From an uncultured Caulobacterales bacterium (GTDB lineage: Bacteria; Pseudomonadota; Alphaproteobacteria; Caulobacterales; Maricaulaceae): a stretch of 64,000 nt of DNA. A program made the translations under genes and the position numbers. Positions 47,432 through 56,079 of this stretch are shown here, piece by piece (position 1 is the first letter of the stretch; each line of letters opens with the position of its first letter). The stretch is from the NCBI GenBank assembly GCA_964410285.1, contig CAYPFR010000006.1:18401-82400 (forward strand). The letters run 5' to 3'. The notes below the pieces were generated by a model. The model was given only the letters and a program-made list of their open reading frames with translations, was not told the origin of the DNA and did not search any database.

Positions 47432-48123
47432 ACCAGCCTGCCGATCCGCGCCTCTATGTCGCCCTTGATGTCCCGAGCACCGCTCAGGCGCGCGATATCG
47501 TCAAGACGCTCGGCGATAGCGTGGTAAGTTATAAAATCGGATTACAGCTTCTGCCGCTGGGCGGGACAGACCTTGGCGCAGAACTTAAAGCGCAGGGTAA
47601 AAATGTTTTCTATGATTTTAAATTCCACGACATTGACGCAACCGTCGAAAAAGCGGCCCGTTCTGTTGCGGGTCTGGGCGCAGATATACTGACCGTCCAT
47701 GCTCGCCCCGACGTGATGAAAGCCGCCGTTAAAGGACGCGGGACTTCGGGCCTCAAAGTAATTGGGGTGACGGTGCTGACATCATTAGACGAGGCCGCGC
47801 TATTTGACATTGGATATCACCACGGCCCTGAAGAACTTGTGATGCACCGCGTCCGCCAAGCTGTCAGCGCAGGAATGGACGGCGTTGTCAGCAGTCCGCT
47901 AGAGGCCAAAGCCATCGCCGCGCAGGTGCCCAAGGGCTTTTTGATCGTCACGCCCGGCGTGCGCCTTCCAGGCGGAGATGCGGGAGATCAAAAAAGGATT
48001 GCAACGCCCCATGACGCACTTAGAAACGGAGCTAGCCATCTTGTGGTTGGCCGCCCGATCACCGCTGCAAAGGATCCCCGCGCAGCCGCGCAGGCCGTTC
48101 TGGCTAATATCTCGGGGCAGTGA
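47428..48123 (+). CDS. pyrF: orotidine-5'-phosphate decarboxylase
   Basis: LYVALDV, YKIGLQL and FYDFKFHDIDATV. ATGA overlap with the SDR gene. Confidence 0.9.
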   Translation: MNQPADPRLYVALDVPSTAQARDIVKTLGDSVVSYKIGLQLLPLGGTDLGAELKAQGKNVFYDFKFHDIDATVEKAARSVAGLGADILTVHARPDVMKAAVKGRGTSGLKVIGVTVLTSLDEAALFDIGYHHGPEELVMHRVRQAVSAGMDGVVSSPLEAKAIAAQVPKGFLIVTPGVRLPGGDAGDQKRIATPHDALRNGASHLVVGRPITAAKDPRAAAQAVLANISGQ

Positions 48124-48175
48124 TTTCCTATTAGCAATTTTCCTCTTATCGTAAATCGAAATTTTTGATTTGTGA

Positions 48176-48211
48176 CCCCGAAAAGAAAAACCCTCCCGCA
48201 GAGCGAGAGGG
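48176..48211 (-). terminator. rho-independent terminator of the 519-aa-ORF repeat-protein gene
   Basis: The minus-strand RNA CCCUCUCGC-UCU-GCGGGAGGG forms a 9-bp stem with one G-U pair, followed by UUUUUCUUUUC. Confidence 0.7.
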
Positions 48212-48238
48212 CTGAAGATTTTAGTGATTTTGGCAATA

Positions 48239-49756
48239 TTAACAGCCGCGCGGCAGGCCTGAACCATAGCGGGACTTACCAGCGCCGCCGCAGCCGCCGC
48301 CAAATCCGGCGTGACCAAATCCAGCGTGACCAAAACCGCCTTGACCAAAGCCCGCGCCGCCAAATCCAACAGGACCGCCTACAAAGCCGCCGGTATTGAA
48401 GCCGCCGTGGTGGAAGCCGCCGTGATGCGCAGCGCCGTGGAACCCATTAACGCGCACAGGATACGGCACGTTGACCGTATAAGGCACGGGCGTTGGAACA
48501 GGATAGCGCACGTAAACAACAGGGCGCACTACGCGTGTGTAGTTTACTTGCGGGGCCGGCGCAGGGCGCGCAACAGTATAGCATCCCAGAACCTTGGCAC
48601 CGCTGGTGCTGTCAACGCTCATTGGGCAGCTTGTCGGTGTTAGGCTTTCCGACGGGCTGAGGCTTGGAAGTGTGTAATTCGGTGAAAGCGGCGCGCTATC
48701 GCCCGTTGAGAATGGCACAACGGTGATGTTCGTGCTGCTATAGCTGTTTGAGCTATTATCCGTATAGGTCGCGGATACAGACCCTGAGCCTGAATTGCTC
48801 ACGCTAAGGTCACCAGAACCGCCTGCATAGCCGCCGTTACCCGCAGAACCGCCAGAAAAACGCGAGCTAAGTGAGGGAACCGTCCCATCGGAGCTCATGA
48901 CATATCCATTTCCGCCTTCATAGCTGACGCTGCCGCCATTTGATGCGGCATAATTAGAGCTCCCGCCCGTGGAGATCGTGTAGCTCCCAGATCCATTGCT
49001 TGTCACTGTCGTGCTGGGCGCGGAACCAACAGAGCTGGAATAGCTACCGCCCGAAGACATGCCGCCAACGGAGCTGGAATAACTTGGCGAAGATGCGCCC
49101 ATGGACGATGTGCCATTGCCTGATCCGCTTATAACGGTTGTTGGGTTGGAATAGCTTGGCGCACCGTAGCTTGGCGCGCTGTAGGTAGGAGCCGCATAGC
49201 TAGGGGCGGAATAAGTTGGAGCGCTATATGACGGCGCGGCGTAGCTCGGCGCTGCGTAACTCGGCGCAGAATAGCTGGGCGCGCTGTAGGACGGCGCAGA
49301 GCTGTAAGTTGCCGCAGGCGCTGCGCTGTAGCTTGTCGTGGGAGCAGAGCTATAAGTCGTAATGCTTGGCGCTGAGCTATAAGTTGTTGAGCCGCTGTAG
49401 CTTGACGTGGCCGGAGAAAATGAGCTCGAAAATGAGCCCGATGTATCAAGGCATGTGCCGTCTGACTGGGCGGTTGTCCCGGAGGGGCAATTTGCGGGCG
49501 CCATGGAAGAATGCCTCATTGAAGAGTTCAGGGCAGAATTCATCGAACTCGAAGACATAACGGACCCACCGCTATAGCTTGTTCCACCAGCCAAGTGAGA
49601 GCTCATGTGGCTTCCGCCGTGATGCAAAGTTGACCCCGAATGGGACGTTGCGCCGTGATGGCTCGAGCAAGCCGTGCCGCAATTTGCATAAGCTGTGCTT
49701 GAAAGTAATGCCGCGGCTCCCACGGTTGTTACTGTTTTGAGTGTTAGGGAAAACAT
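48239..49756 (-). CDS. secreted Ser/Tyr/Gly-rich pentapeptide-repeat protein with a Pro/Val module and Gly/Phe/His tail (uncharacterised)
   Basis: ATG 49756 is preceded by AGGTGGG and gives the signal peptide MFSLTLKTVTTVGAAALLSSTAYA. Ten consecutive AP(S/T)Y(S/A/G) units. C-terminal RPAPAPQVNYTRVVRPVVYVRYPVPTPVPYTVNVPYPV, then GGF/GFG/His repeats. Confidence 0.7.
   Translation of the reverse strand: MFSLTLKTVTTVGAAALLSSTAYANCGTACSSHHGATSHSGSTLHHGGSHMSSHLAGGTSYSGGSVMSSSSMNSALNSSMRHSSMAPANCPSGTTAQSDGTCLDTSGSFSSSFSPATSSYSGSTTYSSAPSITTYSSAPTTSYSAAPAATYSSAPSYSAPSYSAPSYAAPSYAAPSYSAPTYSAPSYAAPTYSAPSYGAPSYSNPTTVISGSGNGTSSMGASSPSYSSSVGGMSSGGSYSSSVGSAPSTTVTSNGSGSYTISTGGSSNYAASNGGSVSYEGGNGYVMSSDGTVPSLSSRFSGGSAGNGGYAGGSGDLSVSNSGSGSVSATYTDNSSNSYSSTNITVVPFSTGDSAPLSPNYTLPSLSPSESLTPTSCPMSVDSTSGAKVLGCYTVARPAPAPQVNYTRVVRPVVYVRYPVPTPVPYTVNVPYPVRVNGFHGAAHHGGFHHGGFNTGGFVGGPVGFGGAGFGQGGFGHAGFGHAGFGGGCGGAGKSRYGSGLPRGC
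49148..49297 (-). repeat. in-frame 15-nt tandem repeats encoding 10 x AP(S/T)Y(S/A/G)
   Basis: Residues 168-217 of the track ORF read APSYS APSYS APSYA APSYA APSYS APTYS APSYA APTYS APSYG APSYS. Codons differ between the units. Confidence 0.9.
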
Positions 49757-49890
49757 ATCTACCCACCTTTTTGATATATGTCGGCGTCGCACCCACATGT
49801 GTTACATTTAGGGACGAGACTGCAATTCAGGGGCCAAATCAAAGAGATTCAACTTCAGAGGGAATAGGCCCGGAACATTCCCCTTTTCTG

Positions 49891-49906
49891 TTAACCTTTT
49901 GTTAAC
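49891..49906. promoter_or_regulatory. TTAA-N7-TTAAC (canonical CtrA-type full site)
   Basis: ttaaccttttgttaac read directly. It lies 135-150 nt upstream of ATG 49756, between the upstream gene's terminator and that start. Confidence 0.4.
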
Positions 49907-49921
49907 ACTTTTCACGAGGGC

Positions 49922-49944
49922 AAAAAAGAACGGGCCGCAGCCCG
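49922..49944 (-). terminator. rho-independent terminator of the 378-aa repeat-protein gene
   Basis: The minus-strand RNA CGGGC-UGCG-GCCCG is followed by UUCUUUUUUG. Confidence 0.7.
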
Positions 49945-49975
49945 CTCTGTTGTTTTTTTAGCCGGGGCTACGCGC

Positions 49976-51112
49976 CTAGAAAGTCCAGCCTGCGGAAGGG
50001 CCATGCGGTAACATTGGCCGCGGCGCAGCATGTCCAAAACCACCGCCAAACTGGTTCCCTAGCTGCGGACGAAAGGCAGGGCCGCCCGCAAAGGGCGCAC
50101 CAACAGGACGGCATCCGGCAGGTATTTGTCCGCCGCGAACTTTAACAGGGACATCAACGAAGTAAGGAACAGGCGTTGGGACGGCTTGCGGGACGCCCAC
50201 AACCGGGCGCACAACGCGCACTTGCGGCTGCGGGGCAGGTGCTTGGCGGCGGCAAACAACTGATGTGGCCACAGTATCGCCAAACATCGTCAGGCCAGAG
50301 ACTTGCTCCCAATAGCCGCCAGTCGAATCAACAGGCGTCGTCGGATTGGACGTCGAGCTTGTGATAGAAGGGCTGCTGACGACCGGGCTACTCACAAGGG
50401 AACTGGCCGTAGAGTAACTTGTGCTGGGCATTGACGACAGGTTCATGCTGCCGAATCTGTTTGACGAATAACTTGCGCCAGCAAGCGCATTAGCCGCATT
50501 GATCGGACTGCGATCCACAAAAGACGTCGGGACATGCGCAATACCGGGGGTAAGCGTATTGTCGCCGTAAACTCTCGGGATGAATTTGGACGGGTCATAT
50601 CCGCCGCCAATTGCGACTATGCGCGGCGCGGATGGGACTGGGGCACTGAAGGACTGGGCGCTAAACCTTGGGGCGCTAAAAGTTGGAGCGCTGAACGTTG
50701 GCGCATTGAAAATTGGCGCAGGCTGCGGCGTGTTAAAGGTAACATCGACGGGCGTACCAATATCTGTCCGGCAATATGCGGTTGAGGTCGGGTGGCACCC
50801 TGATGTGAAGGACGACGGAAAATCTGTGACATCGGCGCTGGGCATCATCCCGTGCAGGCGGGTAATAGACACATTTGGCGCGCGGTGATAATTCACACTG
50901 CGCAGAAAGCCCATAGGCTGATTAATATTGACGCTTAGCGGGTCAAAAGTGGCAGCAGACCCCGGATTGACAGTGGTCCCAAGCTGGCAATTTGGGCTGG
51001 CAGCGCCATATCCACAGCTGCCCGCCATGGCCGGCGTTGCCGCTGTTATGAGTCCAAGACTTGAGACAGCCAAAAGTGTTGTCTTTAGCGCAATAGTTTT
51101 CATGTGACGCAT
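49976..51112 (-). CDS. secreted pentapeptide-repeat protein, paralog of 48239..49756 (uncharacterised)
   Basis: GGGAG lies 9 nt before ATG 51112. Signal peptide ...LITAATPAMA. Repeats APIFN APTFS APTFS APRFS AQSFS APVPS. C-terminal APAPQPQVRVVRPVVGVPQAVPTPVPYFVDVPVKV is collinear with the paralog. Gly/Phe/Pro tail. Confidence 0.7.
   Translation of the reverse strand: MRHMKTIALKTTLLAVSSLGLITAATPAMAGSCGYGAASPNCQLGTTVNPGSAATFDPLSVNINQPMGFLRSVNYHRAPNVSITRLHGMMPSADVTDFPSSFTSGCHPTSTAYCRTDIGTPVDVTFNTPQPAPIFNAPTFSAPTFSAPRFSAQSFSAPVPSAPRIVAIGGGYDPSKFIPRVYGDNTLTPGIAHVPTSFVDRSPINAANALAGASYSSNRFGSMNLSSMPSTSYSTASSLVSSPVVSSPSITSSTSNPTTPVDSTGGYWEQVSGLTMFGDTVATSVVCRRQAPAPQPQVRVVRPVVGVPQAVPTPVPYFVDVPVKVRGGQIPAGCRPVGAPFAGGPAFRPQLGNQFGGGFGHAAPRPMLPHGPSAGWTF
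50630..50719 (-). repeat. in-frame 15-nt tandem repeats encoding 6 x A(P/Q)xFS-type units
   Basis: Residues 132-161 of the 378-aa protein. Confidence 0.85.
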
Positions 51113-51193
51113 ATCCGCGTTCTCCCACGTTGTGGCCGCCTCCCGGCGCGCCTGATAATCCTGTTCGGAGAAAAGTAGGAGGAAATCGCCTGA

Positions 51194-51397
51194 CTAAAAG
51201 TCGTAAGCAATACCGCCGCGTTCCCAATCGCCGTAGCGCGTGGGCTCTTCTCCCTTTGGACCGAGGATTTCATTTGGACGATCAGCCAGCTTTGCCTTTG
51301 CTGCCTCTCTACGCGCGAGCGCTTCTGCCAGTGCCCGCTTCGCAGCCGGCGTTAGCGTCTTGCCCGGTGCAGCATTAGGGAGAGGGTCTTGTGACAT
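51194..51397 (-). CDS. DUF1674 (SDHAF4-like) protein
   Basis: C-terminal EPTRYGDWERGGIAYDF signature. The track start is TTG; ATG 51397 gives MSQDPLPN.... Confidence 0.8.
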   Translation of the reverse strand: MSQDPLPNAAPGKTLTPAAKRALAEALARREAAKAKLADRPNEILGPKGEEPTRYGDWERGGIAYDF

Positions 51398-51575
51398 GCC
51401 CAACCATAGCGCTACTACGTAAAATCGTCAAACGGGAAACCCGAATGCCCAATGCAGGCCGCTAGACTTTGGGTCCGGCTCGCGCTGCCCTGCTCTGTTA
51501 CAAAGGCTTGCATAATATTTGATTAAACGCGCGTTTGCGGTTTGTTAGGAAAGGTTAAGAGGTATATCGGGAGGG

Positions 51576-52148
51576 CTAGTGGGGGTAGCGCTGTAAATCC
51601 GTAGTTATAACGGCCCCATTATCTGCGCCGCGGCGGCGCGCTACGACATAAAGACGATCATATTCGCTCGCTTCGACAATAGGGCTGCCGCCGTCCCCGC
51701 CCAGCGCGCTAGCAAGCTCGCCCGTTGTATTTGAATGGCCAACCACTAAAAACTCACCGTCTTTGCTCAAAAGATCACGCGCGAGAGCGCCCAGATCGCG
51801 GCCGTCATAGATAACAAGAGGGATGTTTTTTTGCGACAAAACATCAGCCGCTGTCTCGCGTGTGCGGCGCGTATCGGTACTATAGACCGCGGCAAGCGGG
51901 ACCGCCTTTAACCGTTCGGCAAGTGCCGCCGCGCGGGCATAACCTTGGGGAGTAAGGGCGGGGTCTGGCCCCGTCAGCTCTTTTTCCGCATGACGTACAA
52001 GATAATAGGTCGCAGCAAACGAAGATATACTCTCCGGCGAGGTTTCCTTCCCAGCGGGTGCCTCTGCGCTTTGGCACGCCATTAGGCCCGCTGCGGCAAT
52101 ACCTGCAAGGATAATCCGCGCGGGGCGCCGCCCCTTAAGACGGATCAT
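51576..52148 (-). CDS. histidine phosphatase-family (SixA/PGM-like) lipoprotein
   Basis: Lipobox AAGLMAC, the RHG motif YLVRHAEK, and a second His motif LVVGHSNT. Confidence 0.8.
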   Translation of the reverse strand: MIRLKGRRPARIILAGIAAAGLMACQSAEAPAGKETSPESISSFAATYYLVRHAEKELTGPDPALTPQGYARAAALAERLKAVPLAAVYSTDTRRTRETAADVLSQKNIPLVIYDGRDLGALARDLLSKDGEFLVVGHSNTTGELASALGGDGGSPIVEASEYDRLYVVARRRGADNGAVITTDLQRYPH

Positions 52149-52324
52149 GAGGAGCCGTCTTTATCAGTGTTTTTATTCGGCGGCTTGCGGTTTTTAAAAA
52201 AATAGTCCAGCCCCACAATAGAGATCAATGTCATCAAAATCGCAAAAGGGGGATGCCGCAGGGCCAGCAAAATCATAACGCCAATGACAGCGCCGATAAG
52301 AAGGGCATAGGGATGGATACGCAT
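52145..52324 (-). CDS. possible 59-aa two-TM membrane protein (just below the track length cut-off)
   Basis: My translation is MRIHPYALLIGAVIGVMILLALRHPPFAILMTLISIVGLDYFFKNRKPPNKNTDKDGSS. GAGG lies 7 nt upstream, and its TGA overlaps the phosphatase ATG (ATGA). Confidence 0.4.
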   Translation of the reverse strand: MRIHPYALLIGAVIGVMILLALRHPPFAILMTLISIVGLDYFFKNRKPPNKNTDKDGSS

Positions 52325-52395
52325 AATCGACCTCGGTGTTTAGCGAACGGTTTATCAAAAGGACGCCTTTAGCCTGATGATAAACTAAAGATACA

Positions 52396-53004
52396 TCAGG
52401 GTTTAAGTTCAACGTCCCAGTAAAGATAGTCAAGCCAGCTTTGATGTAAATAATTGGGCGGAAAGCGGCGGCCTTGATGCTGTAGTTGATGGGTTGTGGG
52501 CTGACGCGGCGCCGTGCGAGGTATCATACCTGCCTCTCGCGCGAGACGCCCGCCCTTTTTTAAATTACAGCGCGAACAGGCGGCGACAATATTTGTCCAG
52601 CTCGTAACCCCGCCAAGGCGGCGCGGCACAAGGTGGTCAAAGGTCAAATCTTCCCCGCTGCCGCAGTAAACACATTCAAATCCGTCGCGTAGAAACAAAT
52701 TAAACCGCGTGAAGGCCGGCGCGCGGTTTTGCGGCACGTAATCTTTGAGCGCGACAACGCTTGGGAGCTTCATTTCAAAAGACGCCGAGCGGACGGATTG
52801 CTGATAACCGTCCACGACATTCACCCGCTCTAGGAAAACCGCTTTCACTGCATCCTGCCAAGACCACAGCGAGAGCGGGAAATATGATAAGGGCTGGTAA
52901 TCCGCATTTAAAACAAGACAGGGGTAATTCCCTTGCGTTACAGGCTGCAAATCGCGAGGCAAGGCCGCCTGCCCCATTTCGGACGTAGACGCGATCACGC
53001 CCAT
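52396..53004 (-). CDS. HNH endonuclease-family protein
   Basis: CVYCGSGEDLTFDHLVPRRLGGVTSWTNIVAACSRCNLKKGG. Confidence 0.85.
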   Translation of the reverse strand: MGVIASTSEMGQAALPRDLQPVTQGNYPCLVLNADYQPLSYFPLSLWSWQDAVKAVFLERVNVVDGYQQSVRSASFEMKLPSVVALKDYVPQNRAPAFTRFNLFLRDGFECVYCGSGEDLTFDHLVPRRLGGVTSWTNIVAACSRCNLKKGGRLAREAGMIPRTAPRQPTTHQLQHQGRRFPPNYLHQSWLDYLYWDVELKP

Positions 53005-53235
53005 GGCGCGCCCCCCACGTAAAGTTTCAATCCGGTTCGGGCCGGCACAATTCTATTTTCGGATATAGTTTGACTGAAAACGTAGCCTCTTAGTTCTTGA
53101 TTTCGCCTTAGCTAACCAGAACAGCGCCTCTATGACAAGGCAGGAATTTCAGCGCAAAGCTGCGCGGGGCGCATCGGCGCACGCAAAACTGAGATTAGCC
53201 CTCGCCAGATTCGAGCGGGCAGGTCATGATAGGAT

Positions 53236-54771
53236 ATGCGATTCGCACGGCCCATAGACATTAAATGCCCCAATTACGGGCGATCCCTCCGGTCTATCTT
53301 GGAGGCTGCGGTGGTCTGCACGGCAGCAACACTCCTCCTTGAGAGTGCAGCCTTGGCCCAAACCTCCGTTATCACGCCAAGGCAGCAGACCCCAAAAGCC
53401 TCGCCTGCCGCAAATTTGTCGGGCGTTCCCAAATTCCCTCGCGCCAAGCTTGGGGCCGCGCCGCAATCTGTCGCCGCATCTGGCAAGGCCGAAAATCTTA
53501 CCTCAAGCCTGCGCCGGCGCACAAAGGGCAGCCGCGACCGCGCCGCTGTGCCAGACGGGCTTTATTTGAAACGCGCAGCCTCAGGGCTGGGCGAGATAAC
53601 GGCTCTGACCTCTGATAATGAGGGGCAACTCTTTGCCCTGAATAAGGCCGGATCAATTTTTGTTCTTTATGACCGCGCGATGGACGGGCGTATGGATACG
53701 CAGCGCGTATTAACCGCTGGGCTTGACGCGCCAAGCGGCCTCGCGTTTGCGGGCGGCTTTCTTTATGTCGCAGACCAGAGCGCTATCTGGCAGATCGATA
53801 TAGCCAGCGGAGCGCGGAAAGTGTTCGTTCCCCTTACCAATATAAAGGCAGGCCCGCAGCGCCCGCTTATCTATTATCAAAACAAGCTGGTTTTGGGCCT
53901 GAGCGACCAAGAGATCGCGGGAGCTGCCGGAAAATCGAAAGTTCTTTCAATTGATATGGGAACTCGGCGCGCCAATCTGCTGACTGAAATACCGGGCGCG
54001 CCGCTACGGGCGCTCTCTATTGGCGGGGGGCAAATATGGGCCGCTGCTGGGGAAAATCTTTGGCCGCTTGGGGTGCAAAATGCGAAGGGGTTTCAAACGC
54101 GTTACCCGCTTGAAACCGGCGCGCCGGCATTGGCCGTTTTGCTCCCCTCCAAGGAGATAGCCTATCCGCCAGATTGGCCCGCCGCCCTGCGTGAGCACAT
54201 CATCGCGGTGCAGGGTCCGGCCGGCCGGCCGAGTGCGGCGTCCAGCGGCGGCAATAATGTCGTCAGCTTGCCGACTCTTTTTGGCGCGCCGGGTCCCGAA
54301 CTCCTTCAGCTTGTGGGAGGATTTACAGGTAAAAGCGGGCAAAGCGCATGGGCAGCCCCCTCGGCTATCTTAATGGAGCCGCGCGGGCTTTTCATTGCCG
54401 ACCGTCTGGGCGGCAGCCTTTATCGCCTGAGCGCAGATAATCGCCCAGTGCCTCGGGCAAAAAAGCCTCTCCTGCCGCCCATCCCCGCGCCGGTAAAACA
54501 AAAGCCGTCGCGCGCGCCCAATGATACGCCGGCCATGGCCGGTAGCTCTCTTCTTGAAGCCAGCCATCTTGAGACGGCCAGCACACTTAGCGCCGGCTCG
54601 CTATTGAAAAAGAGACATGAAGAAAAAGAACAAAGTAAAGCGGAGGAAAAAAAGCGGGCCGAAGCAGAAAAGCTTGAGGCCAAAGCTGAGGCGCGCGAGG
54701 CGCGGGAGCGCCAGCGCAAAGAGTCAATTGCGCGTCTTTTGAAGAAAAATCACGCCGCAAGCGGAAACTAG
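53236..54771 (+). CDS. secreted beta-propeller-like protein (sorbosone/glucose dehydrogenase-like blades) with a Lys/Glu-rich coiled-coil tail
   Basis: Hydrophobic N-terminus ending AALAQ. Blade-like segments (LDAPSGLAFAGGFLYVADQSAIWQID; GLFIADRLGGSLYRL). Tail KKRHEEKEQSKAEEKKRAEAEKLEAKAEAREARERQRKE. Function uncertain. Confidence 0.55.
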   Translation: MRFARPIDIKCPNYGRSLRSILEAAVVCTAATLLLESAALAQTSVITPRQQTPKASPAANLSGVPKFPRAKLGAAPQSVAASGKAENLTSSLRRRTKGSRDRAAVPDGLYLKRAASGLGEITALTSDNEGQLFALNKAGSIFVLYDRAMDGRMDTQRVLTAGLDAPSGLAFAGGFLYVADQSAIWQIDIASGARKVFVPLTNIKAGPQRPLIYYQNKLVLGLSDQEIAGAAGKSKVLSIDMGTRRANLLTEIPGAPLRALSIGGGQIWAAAGENLWPLGVQNAKGFQTRYPLETGAPALAVLLPSKEIAYPPDWPAALREHIIAVQGPAGRPSAASSGGNNVVSLPTLFGAPGPELLQLVGGFTGKSGQSAWAAPSAILMEPRGLFIADRLGGSLYRLSADNRPVPRAKKPLLPPIPAPVKQKPSRAPNDTPAMAGSSLLEASHLETASTLSAGSLLKKRHEEKEQSKAEEKKRAEAEKLEAKAEAREARERQRKESIARLLKKNHAASGN

Positions 54772-54787
54772 CGCCGCTAATTTTTGA

Positions 54788-56008
54788 CTAATTTCCCGAG
54801 GGCGGCGGAACATATTCCGAACTTGCCGGATCCACATTCGGATCGTATTCCCGGCTCGGGGTTTCAATGTCTTCGATAATCACAGAATCGGAAATCAGCA
54901 AATCGCGTGTGCGCAGCGTTTTGCGTTTTTGATTAAGCTCTCGCAGCGTATTGAAAAGCTCACGCGAAATCCTCTGATCCCCAGTTGCGCTTTGAACGCG
55001 CGCCGTGGCAATGCGTTCCCGTTCCCCGCCGACAAGATCAGCCACAACCTCATCATAGCTGTCTATTTTCATGGGCTTTCCGCTACGGATTTCGGCCTGT
55101 ACCTCTTCGCGCGCATGGCGGAGCAAGTGCGCCTCCAGATCGGCTTCGAAATTGGGGAAATAAAAGGCTTTGGCCTCGTCATAGACACGCGAGACATTAC
55201 GCGTCTTTGAGCCTTCATTAAAGCCGCGAAGGGCATTGACAAACTCTGCGCCGGTTTCTGCGAGTGCTCTGCCTAAATTATCTGCTGTAAAGGCATAATC
55301 ACGCAGCGCTGGGGACCCTATATCTCCGCGAAAGAAACCATATATCACATTTGGATTTGGCCAATTAGGATAGACAATCCGCTCCCGGATATCGCGCAGC
55401 GATAAAGGCGTGCCTTTTAGCGTGATAAGCTTGGCATCATCGACAGGGACGCCGCCCACCTTCATACGGCTTGGGCGCTTGACGGGGTAGTTTTGCGTGA
55501 TCTGATCGATCATCACGATATTATGTAAATTGAACCAAAATGCCAATTGCTCATTGCGGGACAGTCTAACGATATCAATCTCATTGCCTATACGTTCCAA
55601 ATCAAGGCGATATTCATGAATTGCGCCCTTATACTCGTCATTGAGAAGCGAGAAACTTATGCGGCTCCCCTCCAGCCGATATGGGCTCGTATGGCCGGTG
55701 CGAAAGCGCGAACCCACGGTTAAGTCAGGTTTACCCATGTAACGCCGCGTAGACTGCCCAAGGGGCAAAACCGAATAATTCAGCGCATCATTATAAATGC
55801 TATAGTCAAGTCGCGTACGCAGACTTTGGGGCTGCGGGGCAAAGGCCGCAATTGGCCGTGCCGAGCCCTCAAGTCCGGCGGTGCCAACGGCGTTAATCTG
55901 GCCGAGCTGCGCGATTTTTACAGGCGTACCTTGCGCGCTTGCGGGCGCGGCAGCCAAACACGTAAAGGCGGCTACACAAAAACCCAGTGTTTTTAATCCG
56001 GTGGTCAT
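54788..56008 (-). CDS. DUF547 domain protein (secreted)
   Basis: The internal ATG at 56008 gives the signal peptide MTTGLKTLGFCVAAFTCLAAAPASAQ. DUF547 core is LAFWFNLHNIVMIDQI. Confidence 0.75.
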   Translation of the reverse strand: MTTGLKTLGFCVAAFTCLAAAPASAQGTPVKIAQLGQINAVGTAGLEGSARPIAAFAPQPQSLRTRLDYSIYNDALNYSVLPLGQSTRRYMGKPDLTVGSRFRTGHTSPYRLEGSRISFSLLNDEYKGAIHEYRLDLERIGNEIDIVRLSRNEQLAFWFNLHNIVMIDQITQNYPVKRPSRMKVGGVPVDDAKLITLKGTPLSLRDIRERIVYPNWPNPNVIYGFFRGDIGSPALRDYAFTADNLGRALAETGAEFVNALRGFNEGSKTRNVSRVYDEAKAFYFPNFEADLEAHLLRHAREEVQAEIRSGKPMKIDSYDEVVADLVGGERERIATARVQSATGDQRISRELFNTLRELNQKRKTLRTRDLLISDSVIIEDIETPSREYDPNVDPASSEYVPPPSGN

Positions 56009-56079
56009 TTTAAAACCTTTTCGTTCAACGTGCGTTAGGCGTGTCCATAGCACAGGCCTTATCGTTTTTCAATAAATAA

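Noticed and set aside
49148-49297. Regularly spaced short DNA repeats (also at 50630..50719) that could be mistaken for a CRISPR or satellite array.
   Set aside because: The period is 15 nt with no spacers. The repeats are in frame within long ORFs with signal peptides and encode pentapeptide repeats. No cas genes are present.
52194-52433. The 79-aa track ORF between the HNH and phosphatase genes.
   Set aside because: It has no SD or motif. A different frame holds a 59-aa two-TM ORF with an SD and an ATGA coupling, which explains the region better.
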